Assembly: GCA_028534125.1 (NCBI GenBank)
Contig: CM052816.1
Coordinates: 70,372,001-70,436,000 of the forward strand
Length of the DNA stretch: 64,000 nucleotides
Source: Lama glama
Lineage: Eukaryota
Direction: 5' to 3'
Below the pieces are notes generated by a model. The model did no database searches and was not told the DNA's origin. It saw only the letters and a list, made by a program, of their open reading frames with translations. The position numbers and the translations under genes were made by a program. Shown here piece after piece: positions 37,933 through 51,135 of this stretch. The stretch's first letter is position 1. Every line of letters begins with the position of its first letter.

Positions 37933-38737
37933 TGGAGTCAGGGCTATGTAAGAGCAACTCGCGTTAGCTTTTTATTTTGCACAGAACCAAAAAGTTCAGT
38001 TAATAGCCTTTTTCTTTTGGTTAGGTTGGAGTGGTCCTCAGATAAAAATCAGTGCCTGTTTTTGAGTAAGATGATTTCCGGTTTTTAACTGGTATTTTAG
38101 TTTAAATATTAATGGTTGTGGTAGGATGAGGAATTTTTTTTAATGCTCTGTGTAGTTTTTTAACAGGTGATGTAGAATAAATGAAAGGAATTATTTTTTA
38201 AAGAAACAAATAAAAAGCTGTTTTTTTGATTTGGGAGAGAATGGTAGCTTTGATACAGGTCTTAGCAGTACTTCTTAATCTACTCTGTGACAAAACAAAC
38301 AAAAATAAATGTTGTTCTTCTCCAAAGTTGTATTCTAGTGGACAGAGCACACCAAACACACTTACTGGTGGTGGTTCTGCAATAAGCTGCTCTTATGACA
38401 TAGTTCACCAGAGCTGAGATGGAGTGAATGGAGGGCGGCGTGTGAGGGATCCCCTGATCGGGAACAGAGATGCTTGTGCCTCAGTGTGAAAGGCAGCACA
38501 TTCCCCCTAGGCTCTGCATCGATGCACCAGCTATGCAGTGATGGCCAGTCTCTGAGCCTGGTATGTAGCTTGTTTTATAATCATACTTAATCCTTAAGAA
38601 TATATAAACCCTCTTGCTTACTGTTAAAAAGTTTAAACTATGCAGATGACAGCTCTGATAGGGTGTAACACTTTGGCCAATTTTTTTCTTTTTTCTGTCG
38701 CAAGCACATATTTCTGGAGGTAAATTGTGCCTTGGGG

Positions 38738-38893
38738 CAGTGCTTTACAAACTTTAACATAACATGAATCATTTGGCGATCTTAAATTTCCGACTGGAAT
38801 TCAGTTCTCGTTGTCGCCTGGGATCTGCATTTTGTAACAGGTTCTGGGTAATGCAGCGCTGCCTACCCTTTGACTGCACTGTGAGGAGCAAGG
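38738..38893. mobile_element. MER5A-like hAT element
   Basis: cagtgctttacaaactttaa...gaatcatttgg...atctgcattttgtaacagg. Confidence 0.6.
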
Positions 38894-39199
38894 TTTTACA
38901 ACTAGTCTCCGAACTATGAAGACAGTTTAAGGTTCCTGCAAAGCATCTTTGTGGCCAGTGCTACTAATGTAAGAGATTAGATACATCCTTACTTTTCTTA
39001 CACTGTCCTGAAGGTGTTCTTAGGCACAGTGAGTGCATAAGATATAGTGAAACACATAAGTTATAAAATTCAAATTCCAAAGTAAATAGCTTTACTTTCA
39101 AAATGATTTAATGATATTTAGTAATGTGGTATGGTAAAGAGTGGTTTACAATTAAGTAATACTTTTCATACTTGAATAGGAGAAAAGCTCTTGTTGATG

Positions 39200-42100
39200 A
39201 CAGTTCCAATTTGATTTTTTGTTTCTTAGAAATCAAATTGTGACACTTCATTGTACAAACATGCATACATTTCAGTATTTTTGGTGTGAAAAAAACCAGT
39301 TAATCAAAAAAAAGCAAATATACTTATCACATCTTAAAGATTTATACATTACATATGAAGGAAACTATCCAAGACAATCTTTTAAAAAATACACATTTTG
39401 AACATAGTCGTGCAATATATACATTTATATTTTGACTTTTATCTGCCAAAATATTTCAGGTACATACGAAACCATCTTTTTATATTTACATAATGGCTAC
39501 ATTTTCATTAAAGTTCAAAGTAGTAGTTAACATTCTTATTTATTTCAAACTTTACCCCCATGTAAATACCTTTTACCTCTAGATGCTTAGTCTTTTGAAT
39601 TGATTAAAATGAGTATGTGTTAATGAAGGGCATAGTCCTGGAAGGTTACGTATGTGATTATTTTGTGTGTGCAAATTGAAGTATTAAAGGTGGACCAGGG
39701 AGCTCAGTTTGAGGAATCCTGTTTAATGTCTTAATTTATGAGATTTTCATATATTAAGTTATAGCTGTGTATCAATAGTTAAATACATTATAAAATTACA
39801 CCTTTTATAATAACTTTTAGTATAATCACTTGTGTGATTATGATAAATTGGTTGTAGTTTTCTTTTCACAGTTAATAGATAACTTTGACTACTTTATATA
39901 CAGCCAGCTAGGAAAAATTTCTGGCCAGCTCTTAACTTTGCTGCAAAAATGAATGATGCACAATTTCAAATAATGCAATTTCTTCACAGACTATTTTACC
40001 ATGTTACTATTTTATAAGGCTTGTGTGGCAGCCATGCATATAGCACCTCCATTTTTATCACATTTTGTATATATTGTCTATACACCATTTATGAAATGGA
40101 AATTTAAGACAGCATCTTTTAAGCCCCATATTCTGCTTAACTTTTAAAACAAAAGTATGACTGAATAAGAATACATAGCTGTTTTTTTCAAACAGTTTTT
40201 TAATTTTTTGGATGAATATTCAACCTTTGTTTAAAAGTGTTTGAGAAATAATTCCTCTCTAGAGCCTCTGCCTCAAATCTGTTGTATATTTAGGCAACTT
40301 GCTCTTAGTAAGCACAGTGGTTCTCAATCGGGTGATATTGCCTCCCAGGAGGCGCTCCACAATGCCTGGAGGCAACTAGTGGGAGAGGCTGCTGCTGGTA
40401 CTGGTAGGTAGAGGCCAGGGATGCTTTTAAACATCCTGCCATGCACAGGACAGCACCCACAAGAATGAATTACCTGGCACCCAGTGTCAGGAGTGTTGCG
40501 GTTGAGAAGCCCTGCCCCAGTGGGATAAACAGTGCAGAGACAAGTCGTGACTTTTTAGGGGGAAAAAAAAGGGAAACTGCCATCAAGGCAGATTGTCTAA
40601 GGCAGGTCTTGCCAGAGCTCTGTGTGTACGTGACCTCAGCTTAGTGTTTATCTGAGGAAGTGAGGCAGAGTAAAAGGATGACATCCTGTAATTCTCAGTA
40701 TATTACATTGAAGAACTAGCACATAGATACAGCCGTTACCCAGTTTATTAAATAGTCTTTATCAGCTTAATGCCAATTTCTCCTCCACTCTTTTTTAAAT
40801 GAAAATTTTATTGGACTGAGACAGTGTTTGAGTCCACACAGCTGTTATAAGATTGGTTTCTAGCACCTGTAACTAGAGAATACCATGCTGTTCTTGCTAC
40901 AAACTCCAGGCGCTTTATGGCTAATTGTTTGCTTTTCCTTTGTTTCGTCAAATACAAAGTAATGAAACTGTGCAGACAGCCCATGACTGCCATTACAGAG
41001 GCCAGGCACACATGGGCAAACACCTGTTTTACTCTGACTTCCTTTCAGAGTCAGATTCTTGGAGGATTGTCTATTTGCATTACAAGAAACCCAGATAGTA
41101 GATTTTTAAAGTTAAAAGCGTCGCTGCTGAGCTCCAACCCAGTCTCCCCATTTCATAATGAGGACACTGAAGTTTACAGAGGCTGAGTGACTTGTCTGAA
41201 GCTTTAGGTATGTATATTCTGACATAAAATAGTCCCCCGGCCTTCACTGGTGCCCCCTCTCCCAGTCCCTCCTAGAGCACATGTGGGCTCAGAACCAGTG
41301 AAAAGAAGGTGCAGAAGAAGTGGGTGGTGTTGCTCATGAAGGCCCATTTACATCCTAAGGACCAGGATGCTTGTTACAATACGGATCAGCGGGTCTCATC
41401 CCAGTCTGACCCTTAGACTCTCAGGCTCTGGGGACTAAGACGCTGCCTGGGGAGCAAACTCCCGGGTGAAAGTCCTTCTGGAAGTTTAAGTCCTCCAGAA
41501 ACAGACAAGCACAGCTGGTGCACGTGCTGACTTGGTGGTTTCTAATGTCTCCTTGTAGCTTCTTGCAAATTCCTGAGATGTTTATGCTGCCTGAAATCCC
41601 AACAATTAGAAATTCACTTGCTTATTTTTCTTACATGTTTAGCAACCAATGAAAATAGCTCCCTGAAGTTAAGGGGATTGTATGGGGATTCACTCCAAGT
41701 ATGGAAGTTAAACAGATGACTTCCTCTTCACACCTGGTGAAGAATAGCTGTCCCGGGAATGGGAGAGGGTGAGTAACTCTGGCGTCCTAGAGAGGAAGGC
41801 AGGCAGTAGTAGCCTTCGAGAATATGGGGCACCAGGAGGTCGGGGAGAGGTTCAATGTGGAAGGAGGAAGGTTTCCAAAGAAATCACTCACCTTTTAGCA
41901 ATTCACAAGGTCCCTGCCTGCCAGCCAGCCAGTCATAAACCCTAAAGGAGAAAGGAAATTTCCTCTCCCTTCCAGGTGGGACCTCCAGCAGAGAGAAATG
42001 CGGTTACACATTTTAAACAGAAGTTTGTGCTTTGGCCCCTAGACACCCCCCACCCCGCCACCTGAATGGCAATTTCCCCTGCAGTAGGCACACAGGAGGC

Positions 42101-42719
42101 TCCTAGCAGGCGGTCAAGCATGTTTTGATAAGTCCATCATTGCAAGAAAGGGACTGGGAGGAGGCAGCTGTGGGCTGACAAAGCAAATTTTACCTAGGTT
42201 ATAAACAAAATTATCACTGAAAATATCCTCTGTGGCAACTTTTGATGAGCAGCGTAAGTTGAAGACCTGTGTTAGTTTCCCATCAGCATTAATATCCAAG
42301 CTTATTACACACCTATACCAAGTACTCTTCCACTTTTGTTGTTGTTTAAAAACAATCATTTTAAATGATTGGGTCCCCCCCACCCCCAGATAAGGGTTAT
42401 TATATTTTTCTTTAAGACGTCTACTGTTTGGAAGCATTTCATGTTTCTGACACAATACACATTATAAACTGAACCAGCCAGCGTAAAGATCACTTTTTCC
42501 CCATATAAAATAAGTCTTTTACCCTTTATACTCCTAACCCTCTCAAACCTCCCACGATTTCTTTACAAACCGACCTGCAGTTTTCTTAAAATATCAGGCT
42601 AGTGTACCTATCACATTATAAAATTACACTGGGATTTAAAAAAAAAATCCATTCATGCAAATAGCAAACCCTGGCTGTGACGCTCCCACTTCCCACGGCA
42701 GTGGGAACTGCTGGGTGAT
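39200..42719 (-). other. ITGA2: Probable long ITGA2 3' UTR (distal end uncertain)
   Basis: AT-rich sequence after the stop; minus-strand AATAAA at 40807-40812, 40744-40749 and 39539-39544; the human ortholog is known to have a multi-kb UTR. Confidence 0.5.
40315..40514. mobile_element. MER20 hAT element within the putative ITGA2 3' UTR
   Basis: cagtggttctcaa...ggtagaggccagggatgct...aaacatcctg...atgcacaggacagc...gttgagaagccctg. Confidence 0.85.
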
Positions 42720-42800
42720 TCAGCTGTTGAGTTCTGTGGTCTCATCTATTTCATCTGGATTTTTGGTCATTTTTTCATATTTTCTTTTGAAGAATCCAAG
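42720..42800 (-). CDS. ITGA2: ITGA2 last coding exon (~30), cytoplasmic tail LGFFKRKYEKMTKNPDEIDETTELNS*
   Basis: Integrin-alpha GFFKR motif; alpha-2-type tail; TGA stop. Confidence 0.97.
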   Translation of the reverse strand, partial: LGFFKRKYEKMTKNPDEIDETTELNS

Positions 42801-43263
42801 CTGTAAGAGATGATGTACAGACGTTACCATCAGGGGCTTATTTTCTATGGGGCTGGGACCCCGCTAGCTGACGGCTTTTTCTAAAGCCCTCTGGGAATGA
42901 TGGGGCTCCAGAAGAGGCAAGTGTGCAGAGTACTGACCTGACATCAGCCCCTCTGCAGGGAGAGTCATACCCAGAGTTGAACTGCACAAAGTTATATTTT
43001 CAGGGTCTACTTACACTTGCAGCTGAACAAACATTCAAGGGTCTGATGAAAGGAAGATGGAAAAAAAGGGACCAGGACCAAGGAGATAAAATTCTTACTG
43101 TTCCCAAGAACATGAGTGAGAAATTTCAAGTAACCTTTTGTTTCCTTTTTTCTTACTAGAGGAGGAGAAAGTACCATATAAAACTTAGGGTTGCTGTTTG
43201 ATAAGGAAATTCAAGACAGAAGTCTTCAGGAATCCGTAATTTAAAATATGAAACATGTCTTAC

Positions 43264-43380
43264 CTTCCATAAAATTGCAACCAGAGCTAATAGCAAAAGG
43301 ATTCCAGCGATTACACTTCCTACTATAACTCCAGTTGGTACTTCGGCTTTCTCATGAGGTTTCATTATCGTAATGGGGAT
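43264..43380 (-). CDS. ITGA2: ITGA2 exon (~29), transmembrane: IPITIMKPHEKAEVPTGVIVGSVIAGILLLLALVAILWK
   Basis: acag|ATC ... AAG|gtaaga; 117 nt; hydrophobic helix ending in WK. Confidence 0.97.
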
Positions 43381-44041
43381 CTGTAAATGTGTATACACAA
43401 CAACTGCGTTAATTAATTTTAGCACGAAAAAAGACTGAGATGGTCTAGCCAAATCCTGTAATTTTGTAAGTGATGATCTAGAAAGGGGATGTGACTTCCT
43501 CAGGCTCATGATCCTCAGTTAAACACTGTGCAGTACGAGCTCCAGAGAAGACAAGCTCCAGAGAAGATGTGCCTGCAGAATACAGGCAAGGCAAGCAGGT
43601 CTTCCCGTTTCCTGCCTTTAGTTGCAGCAGTGTTCAGCAGACACATCATCTCTGGCAGTCTCAGATGCTTTAATCACTTATGAAATGGCAACTTCAGTTG
43701 TTGGCATTCAGTCTCATCAAGTGAAAGCATTTAGCACCCAGTCTTTGGGAGGGGACTCAACAAATTAACAACCCAAATAAATCCCTTATGGTTAAACAAC
43801 AACAACCATAACTTTGTACTGGGGTCCTAAAATAGTTATCTCACTCTCGCTCAAGATTACTTGATATGGATTGTTTAAAAAGTAGAAGTAATATCTCAAG
43901 GCTCAAGCTGACCTTTTCATGATAAAGTGTCCCTGAGGCTACATATGATTTTTTTTTTTTGTATTCCAGTAAAACTATTTACAGAAGCAGGTGGCAGCCT
44001 CAACCTGGGCCAATTTTGCCTGAAGTTTACACCCCCCCCCC

Positions 44042-44646
44042 TTTTTTTATTAAGTTATAGTCATTTTACAATGTTGTGTCAAATTCCAGTGTAGAGCATA
44101 CATATATTCATTGTCACATTTTTTTTTTCGCTGTGAGCTACCACAAGATCTTGTATAATTTCCCTGTGCTATACAGTATAATCTTGTTTATCTATTCTAT
44201 ATATGCCTGTCAGAATCTACAAATTTTGAAATCCTAGTCTGTCCCTTCCCACACCCCGTCCCTTGGCAACTACAAGTTTGTATTCTGTCTGTGAGTCTGT
44301 TTCTGCTTAGTATTTATGTTCTTTTTTTTTTTAATTCTACACATGAGTGATCTCATATGGTATTTTTCTTTCTCTTTCTGGCTTCCTTCACTTAGAATGA
44401 CATTCTCCAGGAACATCCATGTTGCTGCAGATGGCGTTACGTTGTTGGTTTTTATGGCTGAATAGTATTCCATTGTATAAATATACCACATCTTCTTTAT
44501 TCAGTCATCTGTTGATGGACATTTAGGCTGTTTCCGTGTCTTGGCTATTGTAAATAGTGCTGCTAAGAACACTGGGGTGCAGGTGTCATTTTGAAGTAGG
44601 GTTCCTTCTGGATGTATGCCCGGGAGCAGGATTCCTGGGTCATATG
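44042..44646 (-). mobile_element. L1 3' fragment, sense to ITGA2 (intron before the TM exon)
   Basis: ORF 44270-44491 has [14 protein letters not shown]...AATWMFLE; A-rich tail with AATAAA at 44046-44051. Confidence 0.92.
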
Positions 44647-46561
44647 ATTTTTACTGTCCACTTCCTGGCAGACTCTGTGGCTTTGTAATAGCCTGGCTAG
44701 CAGTAAAACTGTATATTCTATTTTTTTTAATTGGAGAAAGAATCATAATATTTTCCTCCACACAGTATATTCTTAAAGAGCTACAGTGTGGAGCTAGACA
44801 AAGGGAGAAAACCGAGCTCGTTTACTTGGTTTAACACTGAATTACAGCAGCAGGTGAGGCGCTTTTCACCACAGAATGTGAGTTGGGCTAGACTTGAGTC
44901 TGGCCTTCTGGTGACTGTATTTCTTCTCATTTGGGTCTTCAAGAGCTAAAATAAGGTTTTATAAACTTAGGAATAATACAACTGTAAATTCATGCAGCTT
45001 ACTGGTTAGTGGCAGTCACATCCCTACTTCTCTCTATTCCAGTATTGCCTAGTCTGGGCTACATGCATCTTTTGGGAAACACAAGTACAGGATTTCTGTA
45101 TCAGACTTTTAAGTGGGACTAGGATTCTTATAAATTTAAGACTCACTCATTCACCTATAGGGATATGTCTATTATTTGGATTCCAAAATATTTTTAAATG
45201 ATTTGGATTCAAAAAATATTTTTAGAGATACAAGTAATAGTTGGCCTCTTATTTATTAGCATTGTTCAGAGAAAACCAGGAAAAGAAATATCTCCCAAAG
45301 GGTTAAAATTATTAATTTGAATTTTTAATTAACATGTATTTAATACTGCTTTCTGAAAAAAAAAAGGCCTTCAGCAGAGGTCCAGGTATTGTCTGAACAC
45401 TACATTTTTCTGAAATGAACTTTTAAAATATCTATAGTACCTTCCCCTAAAGCTAAGTTCATAGTACTTTGAATTTGAAGCCCACGTTTCCTTTGGCTCC
45501 ATTTCTGATTTTCCACACCCCAGCCTCTGAAGAGAGGGTGTAGGCCTCTGCTGATGGTCCTAAACCAGAAGCAGAAAAGCACCTTCTATTGTGTGGAGCC
45601 ATTTCTGCTGAGACAGCAGTGGGAGAGCAGCGCTGGCAGCTCCCCTCGCAGGCACTGCGAGGCTCAGAGTGCACGAGGCCACGGGCTTTCTAACCAAGTC
45701 CATAGGCTGCAGCAGTGGGCTGAGGCCAGCTGCCAAGCTGGCCTTGGGGGCAGACTCTTGAACTGGCTTCCAATTCAAGAGTTCCAATTCAAAAGCATCG
45801 GGAGGAAAATGCCCAGAGCGTTGCCAGCAGATTAGCTGAGCGTGGAAATCCCACTATATCTAAATATGGCATATTCTAACCAGAGTTCCGGAGCAAAGGA
45901 AAGTTGTCCCATGCCAGCCCTTGGAACAATAAGCCTCTGTTTTCTGTGAATGTACGTTTCTTTGCCAAATCTTTTTTTTTTTTAATCAAGAGGAGCATTT
46001 ATAGTTTTCTGGACTGAAGAGCTAATGAATGGATATTTCACACAGTGTCAGCGTCTAGTTGTAAGGGGTATTACTGGGGAAAAAAAAGAGCCCTCTACTA
46101 AATACCTTATTTATTAAGCATACTTTAGCACATCTCTTTAAAAAATACTCTAAAGTACAAAAATGTGATTCAAGTGAGCATGACTTAGATTTCATGGCCC
46201 AAGACCTACACTGCTTTATGTAAGCATGAGCAGGACGGAAGAGCTGGTGGTGCTGGCTGGAAAAGCGAAACGGGAGATGGGAGCCACAGCAAGATGGCGC
46301 CCCTTCCCTTGTGCCTTTGTCAGATCGTCACTTCTGATCCAGCTTTGCCAACTCACGGGTGAGGAGGAAGGCAAGGATACCACTAGGATTTTGGGAGTTG
46401 CAAATGCCCTTGCCAAAAGCTCAGCATGATAAACATTGGACTTTCAGAGCTTCAGTAAGACACTTCTGTATACACGCAGCTGAGAAGACTGACTATTCTA
46501 AGCTGTCAGAAGTGGAACGCCTGGGATCGCCCCCAGCACCCACAGGGTGTGATGCACTCAC

Positions 46562-46651
46562 CGTGACGGTGTTTTCTTCGATCACATAGATCTGAGGGTT
46601 ATAGGTGTCGATTTCTGCAGCTGCTGTCAACTGTACTGTCTGGAATGTCGA
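46562..46651 (-). CDS. ITGA2: ITGA2 exon (~28): STFQTVQLTAAAEIDTYNPQIYVIEENTVT
   Basis: tccag|TCG ... ACG|gtgagt; 90 nt. Confidence 0.95.
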
Positions 46652-48014
46652 CTGGAACATAAGAGTAAAGAATATGTTTTACCCTAAATGCATAAATCTC
46701 AGCAGGTTTGTTATTTATTTCCCATGGAAAGTGATGAGCAAACGCCAACTCTGAAGACTCAAGCATCTGTATGCTTACATCGCTGATACGTGACAGGGCT
46801 ACCTGGGAGAAGGGCCTGGGGGACTTAAACTGCGTGGGTGACTGGGCCCTGCCACAGTTAATTAAACCGAGGCCCTGGGGGAGTGGGGTCCAAGCCTCAG
46901 CAGGCTAAAACATCACTCCAGGTGATTCTGACTTGAAAACAGGGATGAAAAACAAGGGTTTAGCAATGAAGTTTTTAATTGGGAAAAATCATAGTTTAGA
47001 TTTTTAAAAGTTAATGAAGTTTGTGACATGAGGGAAAATTGAAAACTTGGTATTTTTAAATACCTACCAGAATAAGGCACAAAGTAGAATGGAAAAATCA
47101 GATTAAAAAGGACGAGAATTTTTCTTCTGGATACACGTGTGTACAGTAATACTGTTTAAAAGCTTGAACTTGACCACACATGTCAGTGACAGACACCATA
47201 ATAAACATTGTCCAATGCTATAAAACATGAGTAATTTCAGATTTCCTAAACTAAGCATTTCTATAAAAACACTGGATTTGACGCAGGCATATAGGAAGGA
47301 CATATTTTTATGCTGATGTTATTAATAACCTCCTGTTATGAAATAACTTTACGTGCATTCCTGAATCTAATTATAGAAAAATAATGTTTTTAGTGGACAC
47401 ATTATTGATGTGTACATTGTTTTCTCTGTAATCAAATATCAGGACTGATGCTTATTTTGAAATAGAATTCAGTGCCCAGATAGGAGAACTACTTTCACAT
47501 GCTCTGGCTACTAGGATTTAGTTTTTCTGGTTACTGGGTCTCATGATTCAGTATACCCCATGAGGTAATTTGCTAAACTCTATCTGGGAGCCAGAAAACG
47601 AGAATGCACATCCAAAAAGTGAGCAATTTATTTCCTTTCCACTGGCTCAGTCTTTGATTAGTCTTCTTAATTTTCTCAAGATGGAAGATTGCATCAGAAG
47701 TGAACCCTGATCACTGGTCTCTTAAATATATTATTTGGGGAACACTTAGAGTATTGGTAATAGTTTAAAATTTAAAAAGGGAGTAGCAGTTAAATGAATG
47801 CTCACTGAATAACTGCTATAGACTCAAGATAAAAGGATATCCTTATAACACTAATATATCTGTCCACCTCAGCCTGGCCCTTTGTACAGGTACACAGTAG
47901 CCTGCAGGGTTAACAAGTAGTGGTCAGTTTACCAGACATACCTGGGCGAGTGAAGTCACACACCTGCCAGCATTCAACAAGCCGTTTCCCCCACTATATA
48001 TGAAAATAGGTCTT

Positions 48015-48190
48015 AAAAAAGTTCTTCTGTATAGCACAGGAAACTATATTCAATATTTTATAATAACCTTTAATGGAAAAGAATATGAAAATAAATTATG
48101 TATGTATATGCATGATGGGATATTGTGCTGTTCACCAGAAACTGACACACTGTAACTGGCTGTACTTCAATTTAAAAAAGGGAAAAAAAG
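48015..48190 (+). mobile_element. Short L1 3'-UTR tail
   Basis: Closely similar to 3180-3320 (ttcttctgtatagcacag...ccagaaactgacacactgtaactg), ending in an A-rich tail. Confidence 0.85.
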
Positions 48191-49425
48191 CCTTTTCCTT
48201 ACAAATGGCAGCCAACAATGACATTGATTTCGAGGTGTGAGCAGTCACTTTGTGATGAAATTGCTTGAAACACTGACTTGCACTGTCTCAGAGAAAGGGT
48301 AAGAGGCAGGTTACTAGTGGGCTCTAGTACAGGAAACAGGATGTGTATTTCAGACTGGATCTCCTTGGTGGTCTGAGAACATCCACTTGGCTGTTGAAAT
48401 AACTGAAAACAAGGTGAGGATAAACATTTGACCTTTTGAGAAGGATGACGATGTGTAGGACTTTGATGTACAGTAACTCTCATGGGTGTTTTTCAGCTTA
48501 ACTCTCAAAACCATGCTGAGAAAGCATATATAATACACTTCTTTAGGATTTTGCTCCCAGAAATGAAACTGCTGTTTCTGAAAACCTTGGGGAAGGTACT
48601 TTAAAAAGTCTTACAGTTAAAATGATGGAGCTTTAAACAAACTCAAGAAAAACCAAATGCTTTTTACAGGGCTGGCGTGATTGCCTTTTGATTAGCAACA
48701 GTCAGTTTTCCTTCCCAGCTGGCAAAGGTTACTAGGAAAACATTTGTTCCTCAAATCCAAGGAGCCAAGAACCAAAGGGTGAAACTGAGCACCAGACTGC
48801 AGCAGCTGGGATGGTGGTGTAACTGCCTGCCTCGCATCTTTCGGGACTTAGAGGTGTCCTGAAGGCTTGAAAGCAAATGCAACTAACAAGAAAACAAAAG
48901 CAAGCAAGGAGAAAGCCAAGCTCCTCACTCCTCCCCTTCTCTGTTTTTCCCCTGCCTTTACAATTCCTCCTATTATGTCTGTATCCAAGAATATTGCTTC
49001 TGTTTTGGTTCCTGGGACAAGTTTGGAGGGAGGTGAGTTCCCTGATCTTCCACAGAACTCCCTGTCAGGGAATGGGGTTTGTTGGCGAGATTATGAAGTG
49101 GTTGAAAATAGGGAGTAGAGTCTGGTGGTAAACACCTTGAGAACTTACTTATTAGTTAAAAAAAAAAATTCACTGAGAGCCATAAGGCCCCCTAGAGGTT
49201 TCAGACTAATTTCTATTTTGCTGCCTCAGTGAGAGCCAGGGGTAGTAAAATGAATAGCTAGCCTCTTATGTAGTCAGATTTAAGGAGCCTCGTCTATCCT
49301 ACATTTTCCACGCCAGACTGAAATTCTGGCTACTGAAAATCTCTGCTGAAAGCAGATATCACTACTGCAAAATCACACCTGCCAACTGGAAAAACACTGA
49401 CAGTTTTGGCACTTTCTTTTTGAAG

Positions 49426-49615
49426 ATTTTTTTTTTAATTGAAGTATAGTCATTTTACAATGTTGCGTCAATTTCTGGTGTACAGCATAATGTTTCGGGC
49501 ATATATATATATACACACACACACGTTTATTCTTTTTCATACTTTTTCATGATAGGTTACTGCGAGATACTGAATGTAGTTCCCCGTACCACACAGTAGA
49601 AACTTGTTTATCTGT
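49426..49615 (-). mobile_element. Short L1 3'-UTR tail
   Basis: T-run then aattgaagtatagtcattttacaatgttgcgtcaatttctggtgtacagc. Confidence 0.85.
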
Positions 49616-50216
49616 GTTTTGACATTTTTCAAACTTCTCATGAGATGAAAAATGACTGAAAATTTGTAAGTACTCTGGGGCTTTCACCCGAGAAAGGGTG
49701 AAAACAAGAGAGCAGACTGGTGACCTGACTCTCAAATAGGAAGAGGGGTCCTTAGGATAGAGTCATCTGCCAGGTGGTGTAGGATAAGACTATCAGCTGG
49801 GAGTGCAAGGAATGAGGCAGGGACGTGCACACTTTGATGGGAGCGAGGGGAGGAGACCAGGAAGCCAGAACTGGCAAGAGCCTGAGAAGGAAGACAAAGA
49901 AGGTGGCCCACTGCGCCCCAAGCAGGGGAGGGGGTCCTGACCAGGTCCCCGAGATTCTGCTGTAGGAGGCTGATGGAGTCTAAGAAGCAGGCTCTTCACA
50001 AGCATCCCAGGTGATTCCGAGGCGCAGTCAGGTTGGGCACGCTTCTTTGGCAAGGGAGGAAGCGTATCACTTTCCAAGGCAAGAGTGCTCAGGGTCACTT
50101 GGGCACGGCTGACGCTAGCCAGAATACGAATCTTGTCAAGGGGGATGACCTTATTGACAACGCAGCCTTATGTTTCCTTGCTGTTGATAAACCAAACAAG
50201 TAACGCTGGTACTTAC

Positions 50217-50330
50217 TGCTGCGAAGGTCCCGTTCCAGACCCTGGTGGACACATTGAGGAAGTACTCGCCCTTCACCTGGAGGTCTTTGAGCCAGCAGGT
50301 GACATTACTACATGAAGCGGTCCTGCAGGT
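50217..50330 (-). CDS. ITGA2: ITGA2 exon (~27): TCRTASCSNVTCWLKDLQVKGEYFLNVSTRVWNGTFAA
   Basis: ggaag|ACC ... GCA|gtaagt; 114 nt; RxWNGTF motif. Confidence 0.93.
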
Positions 50331-50754
50331 CTTCCAGGTTGGAGTCAGCGGGAAAAGAAAAGGGGGAGTTAGCATGGGCTTTGAAAAATAAATGCTAAAA
50401 TTTTACAAAACAGATAAAACCCAGGACTGGGAAGGATCTAGGGAAATCGGCAGTCTCATGAACCATTAGTAGTTATAACCCTTCTTCTAGAGATTTTTGC
50501 ACTTTGCCTCAAAATGTAAAACGTGCAAGTCCTCTGCCCCAGTCACTTCCCACCTGAGTGGAGGCCTCAGGAGAGAATCATAAACATACGGAGAAGAGGA
50601 CACCAAGCCTGTTTATTGCACTACTGTTTCTGAGAGTTAAAAAAAAAAAGAATTTGTGTTTATCAACAATGTACTAGTTAATTATTGACTATACATGCAC
50701 AATTTAGTCAATTACCTAATGATAAAGATGCATTTGTTAAATTTTAAAGTCAAC

Positions 50755-51135
50755 AGTAAAAGAACCAGTGATTGCCAAGGGTTAGTGGGGAAGAAGAGAG
50801 GGCCAGGTGGAGCACAGCAGAGAATCTGGGCAGCGGAGCAGTTCTGTGCACATAACTGTGGACACATGGCACTACGCATTTGTCCAAACCCAGAAAGTGA
50901 CCAACATCAGGAGTAAACCTAATGTAAACTGTGGACTTCGGGTAATTATGATGTATCAGTGTAGGTTCATCAGTTGAAACAAATGTACCACTCTGATGTC
51001 AGAAGATTTGGATAGTGTAGGAGGCTGTGGATAGGAGAAGGGGGGCAGGGCAAGGGGTATTTGAGAAATTTCTGTACTTTCATCTCAGTTTTGCTGTGAA
51101 CCAAACACTGTTCTAAAAAAATAGTCTATTAAAAA
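50755..51135 (+). mobile_element. Old L1MC/L1MD-type 3' end
   Basis: cagtgattgccaagggttag...tgtccaaaccca...aatgtaaactgtggactt...tgtaggttcatcagttgaaacaaatgtaccactctg. Confidence 0.75.

Noticed and set aside
43538..43567. Short direct repeat AGCTCCAGAGAAGA x2 (similar ones near 17676 and 56159)
   Set aside because: Ordinary slippage micro-duplications with only two copies; no array or CRISPR-like structure
45615..45660. GC-rich imperfect inverted repeat (GCAGTG...CACTGC) suggesting a pre-miRNA
   Set aside because: Stem too short and bulged to call by eye; would need folding and small-RNA data
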